Assembly (NCBI GenBank): GCA_027604505.1
Contig: JADIIX010000017.1
Location: 1-64,000 of the forward strand
DNA: 64,000 nt
Direction of reading: 5' to 3'
From: Gonapodya sp. JEL0774
Lineage: Eukaryota
The notes beneath the pieces were generated by a model that worked only from the letters and a program-made list of their open reading frames with translations, made no database searches and was not told the origin of the DNA. Positions 41,086 through 54,714 of this stretch are shown one piece after another; position 1 is the first letter of the stretch; each line of letters starts with the position of its first letter. Position numbers and translations under genes: made by a program.

Positions 41086-42140
41086 CTACATCCCAGAGAA
41101 GGAGACCGGAGGCAGAGCTCCCAGCATTCGAACAGTGCGGGTTAACGTGGAGGCAGTTTTGAGTATTTCCCTTGCGCGGCTGATTGCAAGTTTGGTGGGC
41201 AATTGGTCTAAATCCAAATCAGGAATACCACCGACTTTCGCGATCTGTCCGGAGATGACAGGGAGCACAGGTGATATGCGAGGTTGACGAACTTTTCCTC
41301 GTTGGTCCACCTTCCCAAACCCACAAGGGCCAAGAAGCGTTTGATGAGGAGAACTTGCAGAGACGCAAGTCAAACGGCCAGCCATACCTTGATCATGATC
41401 TTTTCCCGTGGACATAGAGTGTCACCGGTGTCATGCACCGATGCATGGAACCGGTTGAGCTGAAGCTCGCTCCATCCAGTTGATTTCTGTTCCATTATAA
41501 ACGAGCCCATATTCAGAAATCGGCGACTGGGTTCCCGAGGCTTCAAAGTTGAGTGGTCGGCGGTTCGAGAGACTCGTGGGGGGTATTGTTGATTCGGAGA
41601 TTGTTGTCGATCGGGAGGGAAAATGCGAGGTCGCCTATATCGAACGTCTGAGATGTCTCGAATTGCTCTCTTAGGTTTTATAATGGGGGGTGGTAGCGCT
41701 GCAGTCGCTAGGTGGGCCAAGGATGCTGCAGATGTCGGCGTTCGAGTTTGTCCTGCAGGTTGGGGCTGCAGGCTCTGTCGTGCAGGAGGAGCACGAGGAT
41801 GAGGCGTTAGCGCTTGCAGTTTAGTCGGGAGGGAGATGCGTGTTTCAATCATGGAGGAAGAGTTAGCAGCAGTGCCCTCCTCCACCTGGGTGAAGCACGG
41901 ACACGATCTCGCTTTCTTTCTGTTCTTCTTCCGCTTCAGGGTCCTCTTCAAGACAACCGAGTCATCGATCGTGGGCTCGTCTGCCTCAGGGGGTGGCTGA
42001 GAGTACGAGATTGTAGATACTGGAAAGACATCAGATTCGCTCCACTGACGGGGAATGAGACCATCGGCTCCCAAAAAGAGATCTTCAATTCTTTCCTGCG
42101 ATAGAAAATGTTTGATGCCAATCTTATCTGACTGGTTCAT
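41086..42140 (-). CDS. Hypothetical basic, Pro-rich protein (probably 2 exons)
   Basis: 256-codon ATG ORF with a GTATGG donor near 41388 joinable to the 41086 ORF frame; no family recognised. Confidence 0.55.
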
Positions 42141-42266
42141 TGGGATCGTAAGCAGAGCATGAGTTGAATGAGTTAGAGGATGGTCTTCGCTGTTCGGGGG
42201 TTGTGTGTCACCCGACCAAAGTCAGCTACCAAGCTGACTTACTAACTTATTTGTTTATTTTTCTTA

Positions 42267-43830
42267 ATGCCATCGTCTCCCACGTTCTCTCCGCGACTTT
42301 CCCATGTAATCGTGATTGCTATTGTGCTCCGACTGGGATTGATCGCTTACGGAGAATGGCAAGACTCCTATTTGTCGGTCAAATTCACAGACATTGATTA
42401 CGAGGTCTTCACGGACGCTGCCTCGGCCATCTTGCACGGCTCCGAAGAAGTGTGCCCGGAGAGTTCTTGCTCGGGAGCATTGTCAATGTCATTTCGGGGA
42501 ACTCCCTATGACCGGGCGACGTACCGTTACACTCCACTGTTGGCGTGGATTCTTATACCCAATGTGCTTTTACCGGGCATCCTAGGGAAGCTTTGGGGGA
42601 AAGTCTTGTTCGCGTCCTGCGATTTGGCAGTTGGGTGGCTGATTGATGCATTGCTTCGAGCAAAGGATACTCCATACTCCACTTATTATGCATCTCTCTG
42701 GCTTCTGAACCCATTTGTTGCTGTAATCTCTTCGAGGGGCAATGCTGAGTCTATTTTGGCGGTGCTCGTTGTTGGAGTTCTCCACCTCCTGTTGATGCGA
42801 CGTTTGTTGGCTGCTTCTGTCGTCTTTGGCTTGGCTGTACATTTCAAGATTTACCCAGCGATGTACGCCCTTCCGTTTTTTTTGCACCTCAAAGACCCGC
42901 GCCACGATTCAGGCGTGCATGGGGGGTCCTTGGGCAGCACGATGTGAGCCTTCTACTGGGATCAGTGCAACACAGTTACCAGCTCAGCTATTCCGAACAG
43001 TCGTAAATACTCGAATAGATGGAGCCTAATGTTTGCGATTCTGAGCTTTTCTGTATTCGTGATACTCAATGGGGTTTCATATGCTCTGTAAGTGCTTAAT
43101 GCAAGTTCGATGTTATCGATTAGCCGACCAACAGTTTATCCTTTGAACGCCAATGCCCAGATATGGTGATATGTTCCTCAAAGAAACATACTTGTATCAC
43201 ATCGGCCGCCGAGACCATCGACATAACTTTTCTCCGTATTGGTATCACCTCTATCTCACGTACTCCAGTTCTTCCGCGACCAACCTGATGGCATTCATAC
43301 CTCAAATCTTGGTGGTGTTTGCGTTTGGTGTGCGATACCACGAGGACCCAGCCTTTGCTGCCTTCATGCAAACCATATCCTTCGTCACATTCAATAAAGT
43401 TTGCACAAGCCAGGTACTGTAACAGAATGCTAGGCCATTTCCCAGCTGTTGCTGAGCTTATCACTTGCAATACCAGTATTTCATGTGGTATCTGTGTCTG
43501 CTTCCCATAATTCTACCAAGTGTGCAATTTAAGCACCCGCTCCTCAAGAGCAGCCTTCTCCTCCTCGCTTGGGTCATCCCACAGGTGCGTTGAGCCGAAA
43601 AGCTCGAGCTGGGAAGAAAACTCTAATTGTCTTATCTGTGTTCATGTTGCAAGGGTCTCTGGCTGCAAAGTGCGTATGGGCTGGAGCATTTGGGAAGTGG
43701 CAACACAATGTTATCCATGTGGGCATCATCTCTCATTTTCCTGGTATCCAATTCTTGGTTGACTGTGGAGTTTGCAAGAGGCTATCGGTTTGCCAAGGAC
43801 CGCCGAAGATCGCGGTCGAAGTTAGAGTGA
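42267..43830 (+). CDS. GPI14: GPI mannosyltransferase I (PIG-M)
   Basis: VKFTDIDYEVFTDA, PYDRATYRYTPLLAW, ISSRGNAES, AVHFKIYP, RRDHRHNFSPYWY, FVTFNKVCTSQYFMWY. Confidence 0.96.
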
Positions 43831-43947
43831 TGCTGGGGAGCAGTACAACGTGGTTCTGAAGTTGAAGCTCCTTTATGTTGATATTAGATTACCGTATGAA
43901 ATATACGGAATGGTACTGTCATTTGTTGACATGCGCACAGTCATGAT

Positions 43948-46382
43948 ATGCCGGGTGGTGATCCCACTTCGCACCGATCGCTTCAAGGAATTTGCATGAA
44001 TGTTAATGCGACCAGGATGAAGCGATCAGCATCAACGAAATCATGTGGCATGGACAAGCTTGGTCCATCGGACGACTATTTACCCAGGGCGGCGGTCTCG
44101 ACAGCAACACTTCCCCGAGGGCCAATCTCAACCGAACCGAGACGGGCACCTCTCTTGGAACGTGTTCGAACACGTATAGGAGACATTCTGTGCTCGGACG
44201 ATTTGAATCTCCTTGTGTTGATCTGCTGCACCCAGTTTGGATCGGAAGCGGCATCTTCGCTTTCTCGGGCATTCTTGACATTGCTGAAGCTGAATGGGCC
44301 CAATATGGACAAAATTCTTATGCGAAGAGTTCTACGGAAAAGAGTCCAGATGTTCCGTGGGTTTTAATTTCCTTAACCATTGGTTGACATTCACCAACGC
44401 GTTTGGCTGTGATGTCTCAGGAGAAAGAAATCGGGATGTAAGCAACATTCTGAGGGACAACAGGTTCGTGTTATCAAATTGACTTCCTTACTTGTTTTAC
44501 ATTGTTGATGTGGTGTCCTAGCATGTCTTGTATGCTACTCACAGCAGCAACTCTCCGAGATGGATCCCATTACTTATCAACAGTTGTTAACGAGGCTCTT
44601 CTGAAGTGCCTACCCCTCCTCGAGAACTTGGAGGTGGTTACCGACCGTCTGTCGCAAGAGAGCGGTTCGAGTGAGGGTGCCTTACAAATCAGCCAGAATC
44701 GTTTACGAACAGCGTGCGAAACGATACTGACGGCAATTTTGAATTGCCAAAATGAATTTCCGGAATCGATACGAACGCTTGCTCGGCTTGTCAGAGAAGA
44801 GGTGGGTTCCGATAACAACGATGACTCTCCAAAACTTGTGGTTTTGGACGCCTTGAGATCAATGGAGGGATCGCACGAACTTCGCCACAATTCCCGTAAT
44901 GAAGCATTGCAAATCCTGAGGTCGACATCTGAGCTCGATCTTGAAGTGACGGAATCCGACGGTGCTGGATCGTTCCGCCGCCCTTCCTCCGTTCCTTCCT
45001 CCATTTCCGAATATGCGGATAACACAAACACGCAAATCGATGGTGAAAGTTTCGATGATACTGTTCCAGATTGTGCCGCGGGACCAGATTTTGTGGAATG
45101 CTTCACCGAAACACAGCTCAATCGAGCAAGACCATCTGAACAGTGCGGAAGACCTCGACGTTCTTATTCCGGGGGCGACTCCTCGAAGTCAATTCAAATT
45201 GGAGACCGAGACCTCAGCAGGAACCTCAAGAGTAGCTATCCCGTCAATGATGAGAAATGTGGCCATACTCTGGACGGATCCACCCCTTCAAACCAGTCAG
45301 GGGCTGCTGGACACCCAGAGAGCTTTACGAGAACCGATAAAATTCTGGCAACACTCTTGATGACAAGGTTTATAGTCCCAGGTGCGCACAGTGGGAGGTC
45401 GGTCACGCAGTCCTGAAGCCCACAATGAATTTCTGGCCGTCTTTTGCTTTCAGCCCTTACAACGCCCCACCGATATGGTCTTCTAACAACTACTAACTTG
45501 AGCTTATCTGTTCAGCGGGGACTTGTCTTGATTGGCAAGCTGATGACCACTTTGTCTAACGATTCCTCGCTTGGGTCGAAAGAACAGTCTTTGGTACCTC
45601 TATACAGCTTTCTTCGCACCTGGTCACCCAAATTACAAAATTTTCTTCGTTGGGCTTCTAGGCCACCAGAGGCACGTGTTGTGATTATCCTCGCTTTCTG
45701 TTTGCATTCTGATGTCAATAGTGCCTACAGGTGGAATCTGAGCGGCATATCGGAACAACTACCCTTGATGTGTCTGAGAGCCGATTATCAACTCCAGCAG
45801 AAACAGAGAAAGTTGAGAGCCGCTCACACATGCTGAACCGTACTTTCCCTCAGACACCGTCCGATGCTCACGTTCCATGGGAAGTTCAACCTTCCTCCAA
45901 GCGCGGGCTCGAGCCTTCTTCACGGAGGCTCACCATTGGTACATTTTCGTCGATGCCCACCCTTTTGAGCAGTGAGGACGCCAAGCCTCGTCACGGTTCT
46001 TTCCTCGTTCTGGCACGAGGCGCCGCGGTCACAATGCCTTCACACCTGCGGGCCTCTTCCGCATCATCTCCACCCGAATCCCGCGTGCCCGAAGAGATAC
46101 TTGCGCTGCTATCAAAGCACATAGCACTGGTGGAACGAGAAGTGGAAACCCAGTTGGTCGGACTTCCCGACGAAGAGACCTACGTAGCTATCTCTGCTTG
46201 AGAGATGCAATTCAATGCGCAGTAACCATACTTTCTGATTCGTCTAGGGTGTGTGCTCGGGATTCTCAGAGCTTCGAGAACTTCTCCGCGTGTACTCGAA
46301 GTCTGACCGAAAGAGCCGAGTTAAAAGTGTGAGCAAGGGATCACTCCTGGAGTGGGTCGTTGGGAAAAGTGGGCATTTTTGA
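43948..46382 (+). CDS. RasGAP-domain protein
   Basis: Arg-finger-like ILRDNS (spliced), FPESIRTLA, LLMTRFIVPALTTP, RGLVLIGKLMTTLSN, KEQSLVPLYSFL follow the RasGAP pattern. Confidence 0.75.
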
Positions 46383-46430
46383 GATAGTGCTTGAGCTTAA
46401 ACTATATGCATATATTATTACAATATTTCA

Positions 46431-46447
46431 TTTTTTTTTTTTTTTTT
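46431..46447. repeat. Poly(T) tract of 17 nt between the RasGAP stop and the NMNAT start
   Basis: Read directly. Confidence 0.8.
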
Positions 46448-46565
46448 GAGAGAGAGATGCTGGTCATCGAAAAGTGGAGTTGTGATAGTTGGCTGTGTTG
46501 GGCACATTGCTGAGCGGACACTACTCCGTTGTTATTCACAGCTCAGGAAATCAAGTAACATGCAG

Positions 46566-47684
46566 ATGGCATCGATCGCCAGTACGTTTCCTCGGTCAAA
46601 GCTCAAGGCCGCTATGCAAGGTATGCATAGTCAACCCTTATCGGAATGGGCGACTCAAAAGACTGTCCACAACTTCTAGATGCTTCGAAGCAACCATTGG
46701 TGCTTGTCGCGTGCGGATCGTACTCACCAGTGACATTCCTGCACCTTCGTCTTTTTGGTGGGTCTCGCGCCTCGAAATTCATTCGTGATATTGTAGGTGA
46801 TCAATTTAGTTCCGCAGAACTTGCGAAGGACCATATAACATCATTCCTTCCACAATACGAGCTCATCGGTGGATACTTTTCACCGGTCTCAGATGCCTAT
46901 GGCAAGAAGGGACTCGTTTCATACCAACATCGGGTCAGAATGTGCCAGATGGCTGCCAACACCTCTGACTGGATAGATACGGACGACTGGGAAGCGCGAA
47001 ATCCTGAGTATACGAGGACAGCTTTTGTACTTGATCACTTTGAAAACGAGATCAATGCACAGGGCGGAATCAAAGCATCCGATGGTACAGTTCCCTGAAG
47101 CTCGAGATCAGCACAATGCTCAACAACTATATTGCACCACAGGCTCCATCAAAAAGGCACAGGTAATGCTTTTGTCCGGAGGAGATTTGATTGAATCGTT
47201 TGCAGTGCCGAACTTGTGGGCGAATGAAGATGTGCGGTTGGCAATGTATCTGGTGATTTTGTTATACCCGTTAATAGTTCCCAATGAACAGGTCGACCGA
47301 ATCACACGTGATTATGGATGTCTTGTTATTGAAAGATCGGGCTCAAATGTTCACGAGTTTATGATGCAGAACGACATCGTGTGGGGAAATAAGGTTGGTA
47401 TCTGCAATGGCGCCATCCGAAGCAATTGGACTTACTACTTCGAGTACCTTTTGACAGAGAAATGTACATATCGTGAAGCAACTTGTTCAAAACGACATCA
47501 GCTCGACTCGCATAAGGTAACCCTCCCACCACCATTTGTGAGACTCTATTAGTTTCTGGCTCAGTCGTTCATTCCCTTCATGTCCACATTATCTAGGGTG
47601 CTCCGTAAGCGAGGTCAATCGATTAAGTATCTTGTTCCGGACGCCGTAGAAGAGTACGTTAGAAACCAGGGGTTTTGGGAATAA
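46566..47684 (+). CDS. NMA1: Nicotinamide/nicotinate mononucleotide adenylyltransferase
   Basis: LVACGSYSPVTFLHLRLF, GGYFSPVSDAYGKKGL, WEARNPEYTRT, GGDLIESF, NDISSTRIR, SIKYLVPDAV. Confidence 0.95.
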
Positions 47685-47814
47685 TAGAAACATCCTATTA
47701 TTATTAACATTAGCATTGCATTAATTTTATACTACGAGAGTACGTAAGTGTTAGATTGCAGCAGACTGTACATTTTGTGGGCACATGGTGGTGTAGATTT
47801 CTTGGCGAAGACGA

Positions 47815-49517
47815 TTACGATGGGGACCCTGCCCCACCGACGGCAATTGGAGACTCGATCGGCCTCCCAACGACCATATCGTCTGTGGCCTTCTCATATG
47901 TTTTCAGAGTCTTTGTGTTGTACGACCCGCAGTTACCGCATTTGTGGTAGAGGAAGTGGTACTTGGCGTAAGACTTCTTCTCGCAGTCGTTGCAGAGAAT
48001 CCACGATACTTTCAAACACATGGTGAGCCAAATTTCATTTTTCACGCTCGTTTTTTAGGGAAGACAAAACCATCAACTCACCCCAAGATTCGTATTCAGG
48101 GGGCATTTTGTGTTGAGCAAGCATTGTATCGATCCGTCGAAAGTACTCCGTCATGTTAGCGAGCGATTTGAAGCATGTCGGGCACTGGTAGGAGGTTTGG
48201 ATGTAGTCCTGGTGGCACTTGTAGTGAATACAGTGACCACAAGGCTGCATTGTCAAGGCGAAAACATAAGAGTTGTTTTTAACCAACAGGGTAAAGACGG
48301 TAAAGCAAGCATACCATGAAGATAACCGTTGTTGTTGAAGTAAACATGTACTCCCCGCAAATAGGACAGTCACTCTCGAGATTCCGCTCGATGCATTTGT
48401 GCCGTCCTTTGAGGGATATTGCCATGCACACATTGCATTTCTTACAGTGGAAGTAATCTTGACCGAGCCCCTTTCCGATTCGGCAGATGCCACAATCAAA
48501 GCACTTTTGTGAAAGGAAAAGTTGTTCACGTTGCCGAGCATCTCCAAAACTTTTGGACTCACGTGGTAAATATTCTTTCGAGGATCATTGTCCCACAGCT
48601 TGCACTCAGAACAGTAGTATTTGGCAACTTGCCTCTTACATTCCGAGTTCACGCAAACCTGCCCCGACGGTTGAACGTGGAAACAGTACATACACATCAT
48701 CGTTTTTGTGAGGTTTCTGGCATTTCATGGTATTTTGATCATCATCGTAGGCAGACGAATCGAAGTTGGCGATGCGATTCGGTTGTGGTGCAAGTGCTCT
48801 TTGCTCACCTGATGATGTTGTGGTCGGAAATCTCGTCGTGGCAAAAACGGCAAGCATACCATTTGCCACAGCAGTGAGCTTGAAGTTTAGCAGCTCGTTG
48901 GTAGTGTTTGCATCCAAGAATGTTTTGGTCCTTGTCCTGTTCGACATCAAAGAACCAAAGGAGGAGAGCAAGAGTGAGTTGCCCTACAAATCCACGACAG
49001 CCGAAGAAAGCGTTAGACTAACATGGAAAGATGGTTGCTTGTCGTCCTGCGTCACAACACTGAAATCGACGGCGTCGCCCTTTTTCAGGAAGTTGGTGAT
49101 ATTACGAGTCGGTCCCTTCTTCTTCTGGTTGTAGGCGCTCGTCATAAGCTCTTGAATCTTCTTGGTCTTGTCGGCGGGGTTGAGAGCCGTGTCGGATTGG
49201 ATGTGCAGTATCCGTTTACGGAGATCCTGCTGGAGCTTTTGGAGCTCCAAGTCCTTGCGCTTCTGTTCTTCTTCCTTCAGGCGCTCGTCCTCCCGTTCAC
49301 GCGCGTCGTCCCGCTCATCCCGTTCGTCATCATCTCCAACGTCCTCTCCGTCTGAACCCTCTTTGCTGACATCGTCCATCTCAGAATCTGAGTCGAACGC
49401 CGGGTCGAGCGCGTCGTCCTCGTAACGGTGTGAGTGACCAGACGCCCCGTCAGAAGCGTCAGAATAGTACGCGGTCGAAGAAGAGCCACCGTTTGTGTTG
49501 GACGATGTGTGCGACAT
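47815..49517 (-). CDS. CHY zinc finger/RING E3 ligase, Pirh2 (RCHY1)-like
   Basis: GCKHYQRAAKLQAHCCGKWYACRFCHD, YYCSECKLWD, PCGHCIH..C..YQCPTC, CNDCEKKSYAKYHFLYHKCGNCGSYNT. Confidence 0.92.
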
Positions 49518-49690
49518 TGTTCGTAGATGTTCAAAAGAGGGAAATAGCGGCTGGACTTTGTAGTTCAGCACCGGGGCACTTCTTCGCCACAATTCTGATC
49601 GCTGAGGGAGTTGTCCATTACGAAGATGCAACATATGAAGCCAAAAGCACCAAATTTTATTATTCTAAGCATATAAAATATGTGCGCCAC

Positions 49691-51493
49691 TCATTTGTCA
49701 TCACTCTCTTCCGAAGCGACCGAAGCGGTGCTCAGTAGCCCATTCGTTGGTTTTCCATTGGCAACTTGTGGTGCAGGTGTCCACTTGCCCGTAAGAATGG
49801 GATTTATTGGCTGTGATGGGATCAGGGAGGCAGCAGATTTGCGCGAGAGTTGGATAAGGAGTGCGCTAGGGTGCAGAATTCGTTGAGGAAAGATAATCGA
49901 AGACAACGCACACGCGAAACTCACTCCATCACGGCCAACGTCGCCATAGATTCTACTATTGGTACTGCACGGGGGAGAACGCAAGGGTCGTGTCGACCCT
50001 TGGCTTCTAATATACCGTCCTCACCCCCAAACGTAGCAGTATTCTGAGACTGGCTGATTGTCGCAGCAGGTTTGAATGCAACCCGAAAGTAAATATCCTC
50101 TCCGTTTGATATCCCTCCCTAATAAACGGCCATTAAACGCCTGAGAAAGAGGGCGCTCAGAATGTGTTGTTGATCAGAACTTACCTGAATACCTCCCGAA
50201 AAGTTTGTCGAGGTGCCAAGCTTTCCTTCACCGCGGGATACGAATGGATCATTGTGTACATGCCCCGGTATTTCAGTTCCTGCAAAACCACTGCCGATTT
50301 CGAAGCCCTTGGTTGCGGGTATGGATAACATGGCGTGCGCCAACTTTGCCTCAAGCTTATCGAAGCACGGCTCTCCGAGACCCGGAGGGAGATTTCGAAT
50401 CACACATATAACAGTACCACCGATAGAGTCTAAGGCAGACTTGGCTTGGAGGATTCTCTACTCGACGTGGAAAACCATGAATGGTTAGCACAGTTGCCCG
50501 ATATGAGAGAGCAACTCATGCGAACCTCACCTCTCTCATTCTATGCGCAACTTCGGGGTCGGGACATCGCACATCAACTGCATCCACTTCTTCCCTTGAG
50601 ACTCCCTTAAGTCGCTTCCACCAATCTTGCCACCGCTGCATAAACATACCGTGGTCGGCTTCCGACGAGTACCCTTCTGGTGGAATCATGCTGACATGAC
50701 CGACGGAGGCGACAAACGCCACAATCTCGATGCCGTGAGCGAGTTTGAGGAACTTTTCGGCAACCGCAGAAGCCGCGACACGTCCTGGGGAGGGTGTTTG
50801 AGAATGATGGGGATGTCGTGTGCAACAGCGGACGGCATTCGCGACAGTAGAAACAAAGAGAAACAGGTCGCAATTGATATTTTGGAGTTCCAAGACATTC
50901 TCAATAGCCTTCATGTATTTCCTCGCAATACCAGCTTCTGAACGGAACACACACTCACCGATCGTTTCCCTGGCCGAGGACCTTCCTCCACCGGAGCTAG
51001 CCTTGAGTCCATATTTCAATAAGTAGGTCCAGTCGGCATGGGACGGCCTCGGGTAAAGGTTCATCTCCGAGTAGTCGCCTGGCCGTTGGTCTTCGTTTTT
51101 CACAATCAGCGAGATGGGAGTACCGAGAGTGTAGCCAAACTCAGTGCCTGACAAGATTGAGACACGGTCCTTTTCGTCACGCTAGATGGCAAACGGGACA
51201 TTCCCACCAATTCGTTATCGAAGGCACGGTTTCGTGATGTTCCCCATTGCACCAGAAGGTCAAGAAGTGATATCAGAATACAAATATTCAAGCTTCAAAA
51301 ACTCGTGAGCAATCGTTGAACATACCGGTGTAGTGAGATTAGTCTGGCCAGGTCGTCGTCTGTTCAACTGGGGTTGTATATCGTCAACAGTGAGAGGAAT
51401 TCCCGGCGGGACTCCATCGATGACCACGCCAACAGCAGCACAATGTGATTCTCCGAACGTTGTTATGCGGTAAAGTGTCCCAAAAGAAGACAT
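49691..51493 (-). CDS. ARO2: Chorismate synthase
   Basis: [77 protein letters not shown]. Confidence 0.98.
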
Positions 51494-51657
51494 GATTGGG
51501 TGCAGGTTTTATCTATCGATGACACAGGTGAAGGTATCGGATTTTGTGTGACCAAAACCTCTCCCCCTTGCGGAACCAAAACTCGCTCTGTATCCCGCCA
51601 TACTCCCCTACGCCAATCTCACTTGGATCAAACATATTTTTTGTCCGGTCGAACAAA

Positions 51658-52719
51658 ATGATCGTGCAGTTGGATCACATTGTCATCGGTGTTGCGTCGG
51701 TTCGTTTCATTCGTTTGTCCGGGCCCTCATCATTTTGCGCACTCATCCTCATCTTCTATCTGTACCCTGATTATCAGCTGGATAATGCTATTGAAAACTA
51801 TCGTGCGCTAGGGTTTCACGTGATTCCTGGTGGAGTGAGCTAAGCTGTCTTCCTGCCCATTAAAGTGATTTGTGAATTCCATGGTCATTTAGAGCCACAC
51901 ACTAGACCATCCGACGTACAACGCGCTCATTTCGTTAGCGGACGGGGTGTACCTTGAGCTTCTGGCTTTCCGTCGCCCTGATCCAAAACATATCTGGTGG
52001 GATCGACGGGGATTGATTGACTGGGCATGCCTACCAAGCGACATTGAACTCGACGTTCAAACTATAAACAAAATGTCCTCAGCCGAGTCCGGCCTGTACC
52101 AAAGCCCCGTCCCAGGGGGACGAAAGACCACCACTGGCGTGGATGTGAAATGGAAGATATCAAGGCCCGTTTCGGCTGAATTGCCATTCTTCTGCTATGT
52201 GAGGGCATATATATGATGGTTTTGTGGTGCATGCATTGGTTCTCAACTGCTTCTTCTACAGGACGTGACAGCTCGTCCTGTTCGTGTTCCGTCTGCTCCA
52301 GAAGAAGTTGAACACAAAAATGGAGCTATTTCTGCTCGCCAAGTCACCATTCTTGTTCGAGACTTTGATACTTCTCGAACGAAGTACGGTTGTGTTATTG
52401 GAAAGCAACCCGAAGTCATATATATGAACGATGGCTCACGCAAAGCGGTCTTCACTGCTGGCTCGCACAAAACCGAGATTGTTCTCATGGCTCCTGGGAG
52501 AGACAATACAGCTCTTTTGTCGTACATCGAAGAGCATGGCGAGGTGCCCCATGAATTGATTTTGGGCTCGTCCGCCTCAACAACAGTCCAAGTTTTGGAC
52601 CCAAAACTGACAGGTGGGGCCAGAATATTGATTGTTCCGGACGCAAAGGTGAGGGTTGAATATCACAATCTCTTGTGTTTTGATCATGACATTTCGATTT
52701 TGCTCCAATGAAGGTTTAA
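51658..52719 (+). CDS. Glyoxalase-like (VOC, Glyoxalase_3-type) protein
   Basis: QLDHIVIGV, LGFHVIPGG.H, TYNALI..DGVYLELLAF, GGRKT..G..VKW, LPFFC.DVTAR..RVP, HKNGA. Confidence 0.85.
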
Positions 52720-52863
52720 TGCTCACATTGAGTCCTGAGAAACCCCACACAACTCAGACCACTCGCCGAAACAAGGGACATCGTTGAATCGTTGAAGAGA
52801 GAAGTTGCTTAGTCATGGAGATGGTTTGAGGACCGAACCTCTCAGAGTTCGTGATTATCATAT

Positions 52864-54428
52864 TTACATCCTGTCAACCCTCAAACTATCACAAAAGTGT
52901 AACACCTGCTCAAAGACAACAAAATTTAATGAATGGAGTGGAAAGGCTCGTAGCAAAGTTGCTGAGAATCCACTGTAGAACCCCTGAACACCGTTTCTAC
53001 TCCAAATGTCTCGGAACGCTTCCGCCGCTCCACGATATCGACGTTGCCCCTCAGCCACTTGGGCGTCTCGTTGCAAGACGCTCTTGAGAAGGTCGGCGGG
53101 GAAGATTACCAACCAACTAAGCACCCCACACGTCCCGCCAGCGAGAAAGTGCGCAGCGGGAGCGTATGATGGTGGAAGTAAATTGAGCAAAATGTGTTTT
53201 GTTGCCTCGTAAGCACCAAAGTAAACGGCTGGGAAAAAATCAGTTGTTGCAATCAACGGCTTATGAACAGAGAGGATCTCCCTACTCCCAGTTCACACGA
53301 ACCGGTTCCCACACTCTCCTTTGCAACTTGAAGATGGAAGCCGCGATAAAGCCCGGACACTCCATTAACCTGCACTCCAAATAGCAGTGTCTGCATCAGC
53401 GATCGCCAACAGGTTTCGCGGTTCACGCACTTGATAAATGTTTTTCGCAGTCCGCCAGGAACTTCCCCTCGCAATCCCAGCTGCCATCTTTTTCGTTACA
53501 CCAACATCACTTCCCGCTGGGCCTCTCATCCGCTCTTCAATAAGCAGTCGCTCAAGCTGGCGTTGAACTCTGTTGCAAGTTCAACTCAAAACTTTGAGGA
53601 GGTGAGCAGAGAGCACGCTGGCAGACATTCCGCCTCACTTGACAAGTTCCAATGGGCAAGCGATCACCGAAATTGCCGCCCCAGTCAAAGCTCCAGCAGT
53701 ACTCGAGACTGCAGACACCACGGACAGCTCTCGTGGGAGTTCAAGCCAATCATACAATCTATCTCTCGTAGAGGCGTAAATCGAGAAGGAGAGAGACTTA
53801 ACGGTGGTTATGGCTGTTGGATTAATCGGGGATCACGGCATTGTCGCATTCTGCGTGGCGACTGATTTTTGAAAAGTTGACTCACTCAGAAGTGGTGGCA
53901 ACACTCCTCTATAGAATCCAAGGAGTCCTTCCACCTTCCAGGTGGTTTTAATGCAGGAAAGTAAGGAGGGGTAATTGTGGGTCTGCATTCTCGTCTTCAT
54001 AGAGTCACTGGTTCAAATTTAGTTTATGATTAAAAAACCTTTTTTGACAACCATTATCTCAAACAAAATGAGCGTCTTACAAGGGAAATCCCCTGGGATT
54101 GCAGAGCAGTGGGCATCCAAAACGCCGTTGTGTGATGTCAAATTCACGACCAACAAAAGTGTGGTCCAAAATGATTGAAAAAGATATTTAATTGCATCCA
54201 GTGACATTGGTACGCAAGCTTGCAACTCACATGATCGTGCCCGTAATGCTCATGACTCCGCTTATGTTGATTCTAATCAGTTTGGTCACATCACGGCGCA
54301 GGGTATCCAACCAAGCATCACCTAGCAACTGTCACTTTGTACACCGCCAAAAATGGGAAAAGCCGCTCTCCGAAACGGGAACCAGTTCTTGGGGATGACG
54401 CCATTGAGACCATGCCAGCTTCCGACAT
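52864..54428 (-). CDS. Mitochondrial carrier (SLC25) protein; start codon uncertain (54428, 54413 or 54404)
   Basis: Carrier signatures FPFDSMKTRMQ, CPLELVK and FPADLLKSVLQ; GFYRG / GLYRG / GFYSG helix motifs. Confidence 0.9.
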
Positions 54429-54450
54429 TGGTCCCACAGTGATAGAGGAC

Positions 54451-54488
54451 CGATTGGGAGAAGTGCTGACGATTGGGAGAAGTGCTGA
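54451..54488. repeat. Perfect 19-bp tandem duplication, each copy containing CCAAT on the minus strand
   Basis: cgattgggagaagtgctga at 54451-54469 and 54470-54488. Confidence 0.9.
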
Positions 54489-54714
54489 TGTGCAGTGGTA
54501 ATTAGAACAGCTTATGTGAACAGAGAAGTAAGTGAAAAGTAGGAGTGGTGGAGAGCTTGGACCTGAACCTGAGTCACGCACGGCATTACTGCATGCGGCA
54601 GTGGTCTCCACACGAAGACTTTACAAGAGAGCCCAATAATTTCATCATTAAGACATTCACCCGCTCAAACCTAAAAGTGAAAGCCCTAAACCGATTACTA
54701 GGGCTCCCATCGTC

